Source of the DNA: Hydrolagus colliei
Taxonomy: Eukaryota
Length of the DNA: 64,000 nt
Assembly (NCBI GenBank): GCA_035084275.1
Contig: CM068755.1
Span: 9,982,001-10,046,000 of the forward strand
Reading direction: 5' to 3'
Shown here: piece after piece, positions 24,906-38,306 of the stretch
How the letters are laid out: each line of letters opens with the position of its first letter
How positions within the stretch are numbered: position 1 is the first letter of the stretch
Notes under the pieces: model-generated
What the model saw: the letters and a program-made list of their open reading frames with translations, nothing else
Told to the model about the DNA's origin: nothing
Databases searched by the model: none
Position numbers and translations under genes: made by a program

Positions 24906-26014
24906 GTATTATGTAGGTGAGATAGAGTGAGTAAATGGATCATTTAATAGGCAGCCGACACAGGTGCACAGACACTGACAGTGATCGTAATTAAAACAGC
25001 AGATGAAGACAGTCAAAGGGCAAAACAACTACAAGTTTATTCTGATACCAGTACCTGAAAATTACACTTTCCTGCGCAGGAAGTAAAGAAAAAATGGGTT
25101 TGTGGACTTTAAGCACTTTAAAAAGGGAATACGAATGGATCTGTGTTCCTCTCCGGATCCCAGGGGCAGCAGAATCATTATTTCACATGATGTAGAACGT
25201 AAATCCCCAGGGCACCTCACACACATTGTACATTTCAAGTCACATCTGGTATTGAAATGAACACTACATCAGCTTCATAAGAGTCTGATGTATGATGACG
25301 TTTTCCATGTTTTAATTGGTATTAAGGTCTTTTAACTTAATTTGTGTGTGTGTGTGTAAAAAAAAGAAAGGTGCCTCATCCACAACTGTTCTTTGCCTTT
25401 AATATTATTGTTGTGTATACACTTTGCTATTGGAGCACCAAATGAAAATGATTCTATCAACACTGCCAGAAAATAGAAAATATTATTATTATTCTATTTT
25501 GCTTTTTTCAGTTTGATTAAGTTCATGATTAGACTGAGATCAGTGCCCTCTTACAATATTCATCCATTTATTACAATGTTATCTGTTTATTTCATAAATC
25601 ATCCTACACTAATCTCCAACAAGCACCCACTATGACAGTTTTTGTATGTGCACATGTTGTTTGGAAAAAGTCTTTCATGAAAACAGTGTTTGGCAAGCCC
25701 TTTATTTACATCTGGTTGAGATCAACAGTCAGCAGAAGAGCAGAGCATAATTTTCAGACATTTGGTGTTATCACTTCATCTTTTTGAAAACCACTGAGAA
25801 AAAGGTTCAGCCATTATTGTAATTTGATACGTTCAAATAGAATAATTTACTGTTTCGGTGACTTCATCAGAAAAGTGAGGCTTAAAAGGGAATCAAATTT
25901 GAATGCTCCATCTGAAATCGATTCCATTTACTTGTTTCATTCAACCCGGTTATTGTAAATTATTACTCTGTTACCTGTTTGGACGCTCTTTTCAGTCAGT
26001 TACAGTAATAAATT

Positions 26015-26260
26015 TCCCATTTGTTTACATTGTGACTTTCCCAACGAGAGGACGTCTCACTTCATAAAGCTGACTGGACACCTGTGGTTGGTGGGGGCAG
26101 GAGAATCAAAAGCATGGTTGAAGAGATGGGCTAAAAAATCGTGAGAGAGGCTGTGAAGTGACAGATTCTGGGGTGGAATTCCAACGATGGAGGCAGAATG
26201 GCTGAAAGCTCGCACACCGATGGTAGGGTAGGTCAATGGGTGGGATACGGGGTGCATGAA
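26015..26260 (-). mobile_element. Degraded L2 3' fragment
   Basis: Translates PTIGVRAFSHSA and HLFNHAF, with a decayed stem-loop near 26035-26060. Confidence 0.75.
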
Positions 26261-27641
26261 GTAGAATGGTGTTAACTGTGCAGAGGGAGGGTCGAATTAC
26301 AATAATGACACTCTGCTCTGTTTGGGTTACTAAACTATGTTAGAAGTGAACATTACAGTATTGCACAGAGGAAGCTGTTCCTTTCCTGAGTATTTAATTG
26401 TTTACATTCCTGGCCTCTGGAAACACATGTCAGACACAGTCGAGCATCATACCACAGTACTGTACTGTACAATTAATTCCACATTGACAAGGGAGCTTTT
26501 TTTAAGAAAACAGCAAATTTTCCACACTGTACCATATAACAAACATTATTATTCAAGGTGTATTTTAATTGGATATAATATTGATATGGTGATGTCAAAC
26601 CTGGTTATGCAGAAAATAGCAAATTGGCATTGGACAGAGTTTAACAAACGTAAAGTCCTCTGCGTAGCTATGTTCCATTTGAGACAGAGTGCCTCTGGAC
26701 TTCATCGGAAGAGGGTAGTGGGTCCTTCAGATTGTTTAGCTTATAATTTGTGCTGAGTACACAGAAATTCCGCATCTATTCCCTATTCATTTGCCTATGT
26801 TAGTGCACATTTCAGCAGCCTAATCTGTCCAAGTGTTTGACTGTACTTAATTGAGCATAAAATTGTAGAGAAGTGGTATGAAATTGATTGACAAAACAGT
26901 GACTGGTTTCCGTTAAGTTTCTAATGCTTGTTAATATCCTATCATTACAGCATCAGCTGTTTATTATGCAGGAATGGCACTTGGATGAGAGAAATAGACC
27001 ATTATTTATATTGTGATAGCCCCAGTGAAATCATTCCACAGATAAACACAAAACAAGGGAAAATTGCAACAAAAGTAAGAATTCCAGTGTCAGCAGTCTC
27101 AGACTATGATGTGCAATTTCAAGAGCCATACAATCTGTTATATTCCCCTCTTGTGCAAACATTGAGTTAATAGAGAAATTGTGCAACTGTTACAAGCTGA
27201 GAAACAATCTGCAAACGCTCTGTAGCATGCTGTTTGTTGGAGTCAAAAGACTATTCTTGGTGTGAATGGAATGAGCATTACGTGGAAATACTAAAACAAC
27301 ATACTGCACTTAGTGTTAAAGGACATTACAAGAACTGTCCATTCAATAAGCAGTTATTAATAAGAAATAATATGTTGAGTTTTTTTTAGTATTTGATCAT
27401 TGTTATTTTTGTTTTCAATATTACTTTTATGAGCTATGGGGATTGATTAAATAACCAAGTAATCTTCAGCCTTGGAAAGAAATAGCTCAAAGATATTTCA
27501 GAGATGTGTGCATGGTTGCACGTACGAAATGCACGATAAGTTTTGGCTTGTTCTTTTCATTGTTTGAGATAATCCTAGAAGCAAACCAGATACCCACAGA
27601 GGCTTCTCCCCAGAGTTAAAATGAACAGTTTCTATTTTACA

Positions 27642-28020
27642 GCAACAACAACAACAAAATTACATTTGTCTAGTGCCTTTCAGGTGCTGGACAGTCAGTG
27701 TTTCAGACCTGAGCTGGGGTCGGGATCGGAGAAGGTGGAGGGAAGGGAATGGAAAGAGGATGACCGATGGCATAGTTATAAAGGTTGGTCTTGAGGCGGG
27801 ACTTGGAGGGGGCTAGGGAGGGGGTGAGGCAGAGGGATTGCGAGATGGAATTCCAAAGGTTAGGGGCAGAGTGGGTGAAGACTCGCCCGCCGATGGTAGA
27901 TCAGGGAACATGGAGCAGGCCAAAGTCTGCTGAGTGGAGTGAGTGGATAGGTTGGTAGGCGGTTAGAACATTGCAGAGGTAGGCCACGGAGGCAAGGCCA
28001 CGGAGAGCTTTGAAGGTGAT
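27642..28020 (-). mobile_element. L2 3' fragment, same subfamily as 24090-24410
   Basis: Shares 3'UTR gaccccagctcaggtctgaa...gactgtccag; (CAA)n on plus; FKALRGLA coding remnant. Confidence 0.9.
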
Positions 28021-28104
28021 TTTACACAATAAGCTAGTAGTAATAGGACACCAATTGCATCAAATTAATCATTGGAATAGAAGTTAAATAAAATTGTAAT
28101 TGAA

Positions 28105-28185
28105 CTTCGGATGAAGAAGACCCTTTGGGCTATTTGAACGCATCCTTCCAGAGCACCCACCCTACCGTCCTCCCATCACAGTACC
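28105..28185 (-). mobile_element. CR1 3'UTR fragment
   Basis: ggatgaagaagaccctttggg...catccttccag, similar to ~18100 and ~29020. Confidence 0.6.
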
Positions 28186-29009
28186 ACCTTGAAACAGATT
28201 GGGTACAAGAGCTAATGAATGGTGTGAAAAAACGTGAGCATATCATTTGAAAATGACCATTTGGAAAGGGCTGACTAAACTTCTGCCACAAATACAACAA
28301 ATTTACAAAATAACACTGAGGGCTAGTGCCTCAATCTTCTGGGAATGGTTCACGTAAAGATCACAGAAAATGAAACTTATTTTTCCTCCTGCACAAACAG
28401 TCAGCACCTCGTGCTTCTTGTCAAATTCCAAACCCGGTAAATTTCCTGAGAATAAGTGTTCAATCAAAAACTGTTTAAAGTAGATAAATTAAATAAATGG
28501 CCTTCTATCACATGTGTCTGTGTACAAGCTGTGGGACACATTCATGTTATTCTGTGATCTCTCATCTACATAATTTATTCAACTTCAGGGACTGAGACTA
28601 GTTGTCTGTATTCCCTTGGAACCTACTACTACACTCATAGCTTTGAAAACATTATATTTTAATCATTTGCCACGGAGCTTGCTTGATTTCAAGCCCCGTG
28701 ACTCATTGGGACCATAAATATTTTAAAAAATATATAAACGAATGTTAACATCACAGCCTTACCGGTAAGCAACCAAAGAGGAGATGTTACCTGTCTCACT
28801 GATTCAAGAAACTGCAAACTGCTGCTAAGTGGAACTAAAGTGAAGACTAGGGAGTTTAAAGCAGAGTGGGAAGCAGGGACACTTTCACTTATCAACAAGC
28901 TTGTCATTTACACACTAATTCTATATTATGAAATATTTATAATTCCAACATTTTGCAGAGCTAAAAATGGTTAACTAACAACATGACTCATCACTCAACT
29001 GCATTCACA

Positions 29010-29460
29010 AGATTGGTTTAGATGAAAAAGGACCTTTGGCCCATCTAATCTCATCCTTAACAAAATATCCACCATTGAACATGTGAAAGGAACCTTAAAA
29101 GCATTAGATCCTGTGACATAGGCCCTCTCATCACAAGCTGCTTTTTAAAAATTAAAAAATGAGTCCCAGTGCCCTGCCCTTAACTACCCTTCCAGTTGTT
29201 AATGCTCTTTCTGGTAAAGAAAAACTTCCTGAGGTCTGTCCTGAAATTGTTCTTTGCCACTATAAATCTGTGTTCTCCCATTCTACTGTCTTGATTACTT
29301 TTTCAATCCCATTTCATATACTTCTATAAGGTCCCCTCTGAGACCTCATTTCTCAAGACAGAAGAATCGTAGCTTGTCTAATCGTTGCTCATAGCTCATT
29401 GCTCTAATACTGGGGATTATCCTCGTTCCTCCTCTCTGCATTGCCTTTAGGGCTTAGGTA
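29010..29460 (-). mobile_element. CR1 LINE 3' remnant
   Basis: Minus strand gives ALKAMQRGGTRIIP...SYEQRLDKL...LRGDLIEVY and FRTDLRKFF, which are CR1 ORF2 C-terminal motifs, followed by a 3'UTR. Confidence 0.85.
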
Positions 29461-30254
29461 GGCACTCTTATGACACCTGAACTAGTCCTTTGAAGGCTCT
29501 CCCATCAATATCTCGGGGAAATTTTCATAATGGTCACAAAACATCTCTGGTGAAGTGATAATGAGAAATAAAGCGACTGCTGTGTTCTGAATAGTTCCTG
29601 TTCAAATTGCACAACTGTAACCAAACCAACCTAGAGAGAGAATGGCAGATACCCAATTGTCTCAAATAACAACTATATCTGGTGGACAGATGGCTGTACT
29701 TTGTTCTTTTATTTTCTAAATCGAATGAAGTCAGTGTTTACTATTTCAACTTCACAAATTTTACGCTGTTTAAGGTCAGGGGAAATATTGTTCCTTTCTT
29801 TCTACGATCTGGTTACTTAACTATTATAGTTAAATGTCCATGTTGATTACCTTCAAGGTGTGTTTACTTGGTAAACAGGTGAGAATATTCTCAGTGCAAA
29901 TGTGTGCTATACATGAGTATGCACTAAAATATAATGAAGCATAGTACGATCACTTTATGGTGCAGTGCAAGGAGAATGGGTGGAAGTACAGAGATAACCC
30001 TACAATGAAGATTGGTTCTTCCTTCAAAGAATTCCAAATAGGTGCTGCAAAATTGAGTACTGTATTTTAAACCATATTTGATGAGGTGACCTTTCACACT
30101 TTTCACTCCACCTCTCATGATGGTCCATGATGTATTCAGTATTTTACATCATAATTCTATTGTATCTTCTTACTAACATGTCAAATCTGAAGGCCCCAGC
30201 ACAATATTAATCAACCACTGTTTCAAAATTCCCACTGAATGTTAAGTGACTGTG

Positions 30255-30362
30255 TATTTAAGAGATAATGAATTACTTGCTGGACTATATTGGAGATTAA
30301 AGGATATCTCTATTTAAGAGATAATGAATTGTTTGCTGGACTATATTGGAGCATAAAGGATA
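30255..30362 (+). repeat. Tandem duplication, 56 bp period, two copies
   Basis: tatttaagagataatgaatt..ttgctggactatattggag..taaaggata at 30255 and 30311. Confidence 0.9.
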
Positions 30363-32377
30363 GACAGGGCAGGTGATGAATGAGATGGCCATTGGTGTTT
30401 TATGTTACATATGTTCTTGAGTTTACAGAGTGGGAGTTGGATGTAAAGGATAATTGCGAATACTGTGAATTGCATAATTCAGTCTCTGTGTCTCTTCCCA
30501 ATGGGCAGAATAACCCCACCTGGTGCATTCACTATTGTGTCAGTTCCTTCTCCTGCAAACGGTTCTCAGTCACACAGCAGCATTTACCGCCCAACCCAAT
30601 CCAACCCCAAAATAGAAACTTTGGAAGTGCACCAATCTGCTAATGGCAATGTTCCAATCTCTGTGGGTCTGAAAGAATTTTTGAGAACCATTTTTTTTAC
30701 ACTATCGTTCCTTCCAGCTTCTTTGATGAGGAGGAGTTGAGTGAATAAAATGTTCTACACATGGATGGCTGCTGGTTGTGAAAGTCTCTTCTGAAGCTGC
30801 TTTGCTCTAGCGGGCTAAATAATGCAAGGAGGAAGGGACCTGGGGTCAAACATTTCAGTCAACAGAAGAATTGATCCGGGAACCAAGCCCCAAATTACTT
30901 ATGTGTCACTGCTAAAGAATATTTAGCAAAAGGAGTGCTTGTTTTGTTCTGATTATGACCTCTTCGCCTTGTAAAGTTTCCTCATTGTTTTTTGATTGAA
31001 GAGAAAATGTTATTGCTGTCGGAATTCGCATTAAATATTTATCTAAAAATTTGATGCACATCTAAATATTTGTTGTGAAAATGAGTTTCAAGAAGAGTTG
31101 CAGATAATGTGCCCACAAAGGGGCTTTAAAGGCAACTTCTGAGTAGTTAAAAAAAAGTCTTCACTATAAATGCAATTCATCCTGGTGCAAGCAATCATTT
31201 TGATCATTGACCATCTATCTGTGGAACTCCATCCTAAAAATCGCAGTTGGTTTGTCACGAATGTAAAAGAGATGCATTGGCCACTGGTAAAGCACATTAT
31301 AATTGTTTAAGTAGGCCCCACAAGTCATGCATTTCAATTATTTGTTCAAAGCAGCCTACAATTAAGAGTGGCAAACAAGCCTTTTGAATGTGATGTCAGA
31401 CAATTAAAACATTTCAGGAGTAAATTAGCAGAATCACTGCTGAATTAGCAGTCTGAATACACAAGGCCCCTTCTTTATCTGCTTTTCCTTTCACTGATAC
31501 TGACAAGGGGTTTGAAGCTGAGCCGATCTCACTAGAGGAAAATTGAATCTGCCTAATCTTCTACTTGTACATTTGAATGTCTTTTGGTCCTTGAGAGATC
31601 ATCCTTGTTTCTCCATAATGGCCCAGGTGCAAAAATTTACCCATGTCTAACTTGTTCTCGAAGGGGAGCCGTAAATCACTTTAAGCACTGGCCCTTTGAA
31701 GATGCATGCCTATTTTCACTTGTGATTTGTGGCACTCAGGCAATTTTACAGCCCTATGGACAACATGCTAACAGATAAGGTGTGGGAATCAGTGATGCGT
31801 TGGCCACTGATGGGGTCTGCTACTGGTGGAATTGTCTGCTGCAGCCACTGATCACAGCTGCTCCCCGAGGACAGACAGCCCATGGAAATTCCTGCTTTGG
31901 GAGACCAATGGTTATAGTTTTCTGCATCCAGGTACTGATCCCCACTGGTATCTCACAAAGCTGTTGCAGCAACTATTACTCGAGGCGTTATATGTCCTAC
32001 ATTTTAAAAATTGTATATGCTTCTACTTCACTTTCATCCCATAAACACCAGGATCACGTGTTCACAAGTTTTAATTTTTTTTTAAATTTAACAGAAACAT
32101 TTTTTTTAACAAAGTGCTTTCTGTACTCTTAAAGGTGGCATTTATCCACTTTATTTCTGTTAATCAGCAATCCAACAATAAAACATGCCTCTGAAAAGCT
32201 GACAGGCCCTCAATTCAATGTTTCATTGGGAAACTCCGACATTACATCCGATGGTTGGCAAATTTTTAATGTAGATAAAATGCAAGGTATACTCAACAAT
32301 AAAAATAGGAAAGGCATCTGCTTTACATATGGGATAGAAGACGCTAATGGGAATGTTGAATGCCAGTTGAATGGCAC

Positions 32378-32450
32378 AATGACAAAATTACAATTGTATA
32401 ACGCCTTTCACATCAGGAGGACGTCCCAGGGTGCTAAACAGTCAGTGGTC
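32378..32450 (-). mobile_element. L2 3' stem-loop/tail fragment
   Basis: acaaaattacaattgtataacgcctttcacatcaggaggacgtcccagggtgct. Confidence 0.8.
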
Positions 32451-32932
32451 AGGCAGGTATAAACTCAGGGAATCCAATCCGTACTAGGAAATATTGATCA
32501 ACCAGTTACGTTTATGCCCCATGATCATGCTTGAGCTGCACTGTGCGCTAGTCAAGCCTAATTTAAAATACTGTGTATGCTTTAAACTTGTGAACTGGAT
32601 AGGTGCAATGAATTTGTGAGATGGTGTATTGTACATTATTACATTTGAAACAACAAGCTAAGTTTTTTACACCATATTGTAATTGGTCATTGATTAGCTG
32701 TTCCATAGAAAGCATATTTATATTTGTTGAAATGTTGGGGAGATGAACAGTTTAGACAAGTGGGACTTCCTCTTTGTACTTTTCCTTTTGTTGTTTGCTT
32801 TCCATTTGCTGCCCACCGCTACCATGAAGTGCCATATTCACTAACATAGACCAGCCATTTTATTCACACTTCTGGACGCAGTAAATTTGAACAATTTTTA
32901 AAGAAATATCTTGATAGATTTCTAAGCTAAAT

Positions 32933-32982
32933 ACAACAACAACAAAATTACACTTGTATAGTGCCTTTCGTATAAGGAGGAT
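32933..32982 (-). mobile_element. L2 tail fragment
   Basis: caacaacaacaaaattacacttgtatagtgcctttc...aggaggat. Confidence 0.7.
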
Positions 32983-33208
32983 ACCTTTCATAGCTGAGTT
33001 GGGTAAGCTTCATGTGCATCCCTGTATAACATTCTGAAGTATTTTAATCTCTGACTTGTCTGAAAACAGTTCAACTTGATCGTCTGAATAAATGCCAGTG
33101 TGGGAACACCTTCATCACAAAGTCTACATTGATTTAAAGAATCTCAGGAAAATTGGGTAAGGGAAATAAATACTGGCCCTGCCAGTGTTGCCCACACTTC
33201 AAGATGAA

Positions 33209-33330
33209 CCATAGAAATTGCCAGCACAGAAGAAGGCCATTCGATCCATTGTGTCTGTGCTGTGTTCTGTTGAACGGCAATCCCTTCAGCTGCATTTAGC
33301 TCTCCCCATACACCTGTATCTTACTCTGAA
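33209..33330 (-). mobile_element. CR1 3' terminus remnant
   Basis: catagaaattgccagcacagaagaaggccattcgatccattgtgtctgtgc. Confidence 0.6.
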
Positions 33331-34550
33331 TTTCTGTTACACTGTCTAATAAAGGGCTGCAGAAAAACATCAGCTGGTGAGTTCCCTCCCCACCCCCGAC
33401 AGGCTATGTGGGTGGGTTCAGTCACAATTGTGAATAGCCTGAGTGAAGTTCCTTCCGCAAACTCAATTGTATTTCAAAGTTCACTTAAAAACACCATTTT
33501 CACACTGAAAGAAAAGTGGAGCATTGCAAATTTGTTTCATTTAAATGCATTAGCTCAAAACAATTTAATGGCTGCAATTGCTATACATAACAGAATCAAC
33601 AGCTGCTGGGTAAACCTGATTTAGCCTCCTAATTCAGTGAGTGCCCATTTATTATACTAATCTACAGCCTGGTATCTATTAAAGGGAAACAATATTCTCA
33701 ATTACTGCATGTGCCAGTTGGATATCTATAGTTTCAAGCATGCTGTAATTGTTCAAATCCGTTTAGTGTGCTCCCGAATCATTGGCTTCACATTCTCGTT
33801 GTAATTTAGATTGTTATTTACACTTGTCAGAGGGTTTCCTAAATCACCCAGCAATTTCCTCCTCAATTGTATGGCAATTAGACATGGGTGGAAGCTGAGT
33901 GACATTCATACCTCCACAGTTGTGGACTGAGTTGTTTATGGCCAGTGGATCAGCATTGCTTTCTTCTGCACCCAGCTGTCAACACTTCACTTCGTCCTTA
34001 GGGCACAGGGCACTGGGAGATCATATACACACCTGTTTTCCAAACCACAAAGTTTGGTGGCAAACTTCTAGCAAATGAGCAAATATGATTTCAGAAATAA
34101 AAGCTCCCACACTACTTTGTCAGTTTTTTTTCTTAAAAGCAGTTTTGCAATTTTTGATAAAACATTGGTGGCTTTTTATTGGGAAAAGGAGCCATTGGTT
34201 TGAAGTGTTGTTTACCATTCATCCATGTTAGTGTTGTAATTCTAATGTGTTTGCCATCTTTGCTGATAATTAGAGCTTTGAAGTGGAGTACAAGTGTGAA
34301 TTTTATTATTCTGTAAAGATGCAAGCACTGAACAGACAATTAAACAGGCTTTTAGGGCACACCGTTTGATGGTTTTCAAAAAAGGATTGCACACTTCTGC
34401 AAGAAGTCTTTGAGCATTCTCAAATTTGGTTTCAGAAGAAACTTATCATGAAAAATTTAACTGCTGGCAAAAGCATAACTGACTCACTTAAAAACAAGAC
34501 TTGGGAGTATTAGAAGTTCAATAAACTAGAAATTAAATAAAGAATATCAA

Positions 34551-35005
34551 ATAATCCTTGTATTTGTTAATGTGCCTTTCATGTTGGGAGAACGTCTCAG
34601 AGTGCTTCACAGAATTGACTGTAAGTGTTTTGTCTGCAAATACTGTATAGTAACCAATTTGCACAACCCAATGTCCCACAAAAAACAACAAATTGCATTT
34701 ATTTAGTACTTATATCAAGTCGGGAGGATGGCCCAAGGCTCTGGAGTGCAGCCAAGAAGTGAATGACCAATTGTAACTGGTGAATTATTGGCCAGGAAAC
34801 TCTTTTTTTGTGTAATGCCATAAGATGCTTAACATTCACCTGAACAGGCATAAGGTCCTTGATTTATATCTCACCCAATGGATGGCACCACCAGCAAAGC
34901 GCTGGGAGGATCAGCCAATACCATGAGTTTAAAATCCCAACGTGGAACTTTGAACCCACATTCGTCTGACTCAGTAAGAGTGATACCAACTGAGCCAGAC
35001 TGACA
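34551..35005 (-). mobile_element. Full-length Deu-SINE interrupted by an L2 tail
   Basis: Head (minus tggctcagttggta...ctgagtcaga...tgtgggttcaa), Deu body (ttcaggtgaa, tggcattac, tcctggccaata), tail; foreign segment at 34681-34745. Confidence 0.8.
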
Positions 35006-35564
35006 TATTTTCTCCCCCAGTCTACTTAATCACTCAGCAATTCAATCTAAACAAAATAATGTAAAATATTCCACCAAAACAACTTTTTTTTGCACCAAAG
35101 TGATTAAACTGCCAACATTGCTGCTGCTTGATTCTAAATGGAAGTTGGCAGCAAATTGACCGTATCAGCATTAAAATCTGGATAATTGGTGAACATTTTT
35201 ATGCTTGGATCAGGATTTTAATGCTTTATTTATACTGTCGTTTATAAAACCATAGTGCTTCCAATTTGTGGTGTCTTCAGTTTAAAATTGAGTTTTTTTT
35301 AAAAAAAAAGACAACCCACAAAGTGGATTTTTCCAGAACTTCAATATTTGTTTCTCTACAAAGCAATAAGAATAACAGAATCAACCTTGGGTGTATCCAT
35401 GGAACAGCTAAGAAGATCCCTGACCCATATTGAGAAACACTATAAAACCGAGTTTAAAGTGAAAATGATTATTAATTTCTATTTTTTTTGAGGTGTGTTG
35501 GCACCTATACACAGCGAAACATTTGCCCAAACAATTGTTTTTCATTGTTTTTTATTTGCATTAT

Positions 35565-35712
35565 AATAATAATTGCATTTCAGAGAGCGCCTTTCGTATC
35601 AGAAGGACATTCCAAAGAGGTCCAGAGGATTTGCTGTTATTTTGTTGTAACTGTTAATTTTGCAGGCCAATGTGGCAGCCATTTTGTGCAGAATAATGCC
35701 CCCCAAACAGCC
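35565..35712 (-). mobile_element. SINE 3' fragment
   Basis: ataataattgcatttcagagagcgcctttc...ggacattccaaag...aatgtggcagccattttgtgca. Confidence 0.75.
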
Positions 35713-36544
35713 ATAGTATTCCACTCAGAGGCATTAAAATAAAGGCATTTTTTTTAAAATTGGAAAAATCCATTCATACCGGATGAAATTTTTTCCGTAG
35801 CATTGGATTGATGTTTTGACTTTTATCCTGTAAGGAGCCTTGGAAGTAAGAGGCTACGTTTTCATAGTTCTTCTGACTCCCTGGAGTACAATTGGAATAT
35901 GATCAATCTTTCTGAATAATTTGCATAGTTTGTAAATAGTATGCTATAAAGATGGTGATGAAGGTATCAAAGCAGGAATCTGTAAATCTTTTACTGTAGT
36001 TGAGTGAGAGTGTAGGTCATGACAGGATATTCTGTATATTTCCAGGAGCCCATCCTGGGTAGTAAATCGGTTGATATATTTCACAAACTGCTCTGATAGC
36101 ATAATCAATTGTGTTTCAAACTTGGTGTGTAAATATTTCCTCTTGGCGGGAGTTCAACAGCTCCAAAAGAGTAATACATTTATGAAAGAAATGAGAATAT
36201 TTCAGACTATTCCTGCTAAAATGTTGTTTTTTAAATCCTTCAACTGTGTCAAAATATTTTACTGATGCCTCTAATGCCATCTGTTTTTTTTCCTAAAATA
36301 ATAAACTCAGGATTACATCAACAATAACAGGCATTATACCATTGTATTGAATTTTGTCATGCACTGGGTGGCTTTCTTGGATTAATGAGAAAAAAGAATC
36401 TATTTTACCTGTAAGTACTGAAAATGTTCCCAATAATAGCGTGGAGGGTTTTCTGATAAAGGATGTGGTGTTTAAATGTAATAGTGATATAAATCACTTT
36501 AGGAATATCTATTCATGTAGGGGTAAATATTGAGATATTGAGAT

Positions 36545-36648
36545 CCACAAGATACACAGTCGCTCAATATACACTACAATCCTGCAGAGTGGCTTTGAGA
36601 GACATCTTGATGACATGATCAGGCGATACATCAAATGCAAAGATTATA
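36545..36648 (+). mobile_element. SINE 3' fragment
   Basis: cacaagatacacagtc...gctttgagagacatct...aggcgatacatcaaatgcaaagattat. Confidence 0.7.
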
Positions 36649-38230
36649 TTTGGTACGCATTACAAATAGCGTAGTGAAAATATTATAGAACACTGGGGTT
36701 AACTTAAGCAGATCTATTACACACTTGGGGTAAAAGTGGATATTTCTAACGGTGTATTTTTGACAGGATCTCAAAATAGATATTGTGCCTTTCAAACCCT
36801 TAATGGAAGGCCAAATTCACTAGAATGCCCCCCCCACCCGAAGTGTCCACACTATAGCTGGTTTACTATTCATGCTGTGCTATATTCTGAGTTCAGATAA
36901 CTACACTGCATGTCACAAAATCGCACAAATACGTGGAATATTGCACGAATAAGACTTGATAAATGTGTTGAACAAACATGTGAGGCACACCACTAACACA
37001 GTGGATTCTTCTCTGTGTGCTGATTAACTTCCTCTTGCTTTAGCTACAGTTTTCCAAAGCGCAAACATCCAACCATGTGTATACTATTCGCTAGCAGTTC
37101 AAGTCGACTGCATGGAAGGTAAAACAGAGGCGGGGTTTCACTTTCAACAGTGTTGAAGATTAGTCAGGTTTAAAGGCGAAACAAAGATTCTGACAGTGGA
37201 TTGTTGGTGGGGTTGGCTGTGTGTGTGTGTGGGTGGGTGGGGGGGGGGGGGGAGGGAGGGAGGGGAGGTTTGGGAGTTTTGTCCATTGAATGAGGTGACC
37301 GGCGCTGTATCCGGAAAAAGTTCGACGTTTGAATTTATCGCACAAGATCTCAGCGTTTCAGCAAAAGAGTTGTGGTGTCACTCAGGCATGGCGATGTGCA
37401 CAAGTCAGCCATATGCAGTTACAGCATTTTAATTACATCTAACACACACACACACACACAAAATAATCTACGAGGAATGGGTTTCTCTCCCTCTCTCTCT
37501 CTCTCTGTGTGTGTCTCTCTGTCTCTCTCCGGCTACATGTTTGATAACGGTTATCACGGGGATGATAGGTTATTGTGTCTGTTTTCATTCATCCCGCCGA
37601 GTCAGCGGTTCTGTCAAGGCACTGCAGGGGTTAGCGATGGAGCGCGTTCAGCCCTCAAAGGCATATAATGAGCAGCGTTGGTAAATAATGCGAAACCCCA
37701 ATGAAAAGGGAGGGCTGCCTGGTTTTCAAGTAGGTTTTGTTACACTTTTTTTCTTTTGCATTTCGCACAAGCTTCGACGCTTGTGACACCGGGAGAGCTT
37801 GTGGTCTGTGCACTTTTATCAAAATAAATCCTCATAGATTGGGGGGGGGGGGGGGGGGAGGATGATCTGTGCATTTACTCTGTGTTTTTGTGTGTGTATA
37901 CTTTATTCACCTAACCTCCCCCCTCCCACCCCCCGGGGGGGGTGGGGTAAAAAACTGCGGTGTTGATCTGACGCCGGGATTATTGCGAAACTCAGCAAAC
38001 GATGATTGAAAACCGTGCTTTATTGATGGAAAATATCTATTTGCTGGGGTGGGGGCGGGGGAGGAGAAAGAGAGAGAAACAAAAACTGTAACATTTACAT
38101 TAAAACATTAAACTCCAGACCGAAATTCGCGGGTGAGATTACAAAAATGCAAAAATCAACTTTTATTATTTTACTTTTCTTCTTTTATATTAAAAAAACT
38201 ATTGAAATCGGAACATTAGATGCTTTTGTC

Positions 38231-38306
38231 GGGGGTGGGGGGGGGGGGGGGGATTGGTGGGGGTGGTGTGGGGAGAGAGAGAGAGAGAGAGAGAGGGTGG
38301 GGGGAG
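38231..38306. repeat. G-runs plus (GA)n microsatellite
   Basis: Long G homopolymer followed by a GA run. Confidence 0.9.

Noticed and set aside
26337-26756. 139 aa ORF
   Set aside because: No domain, AT-rich, consistent with chance.
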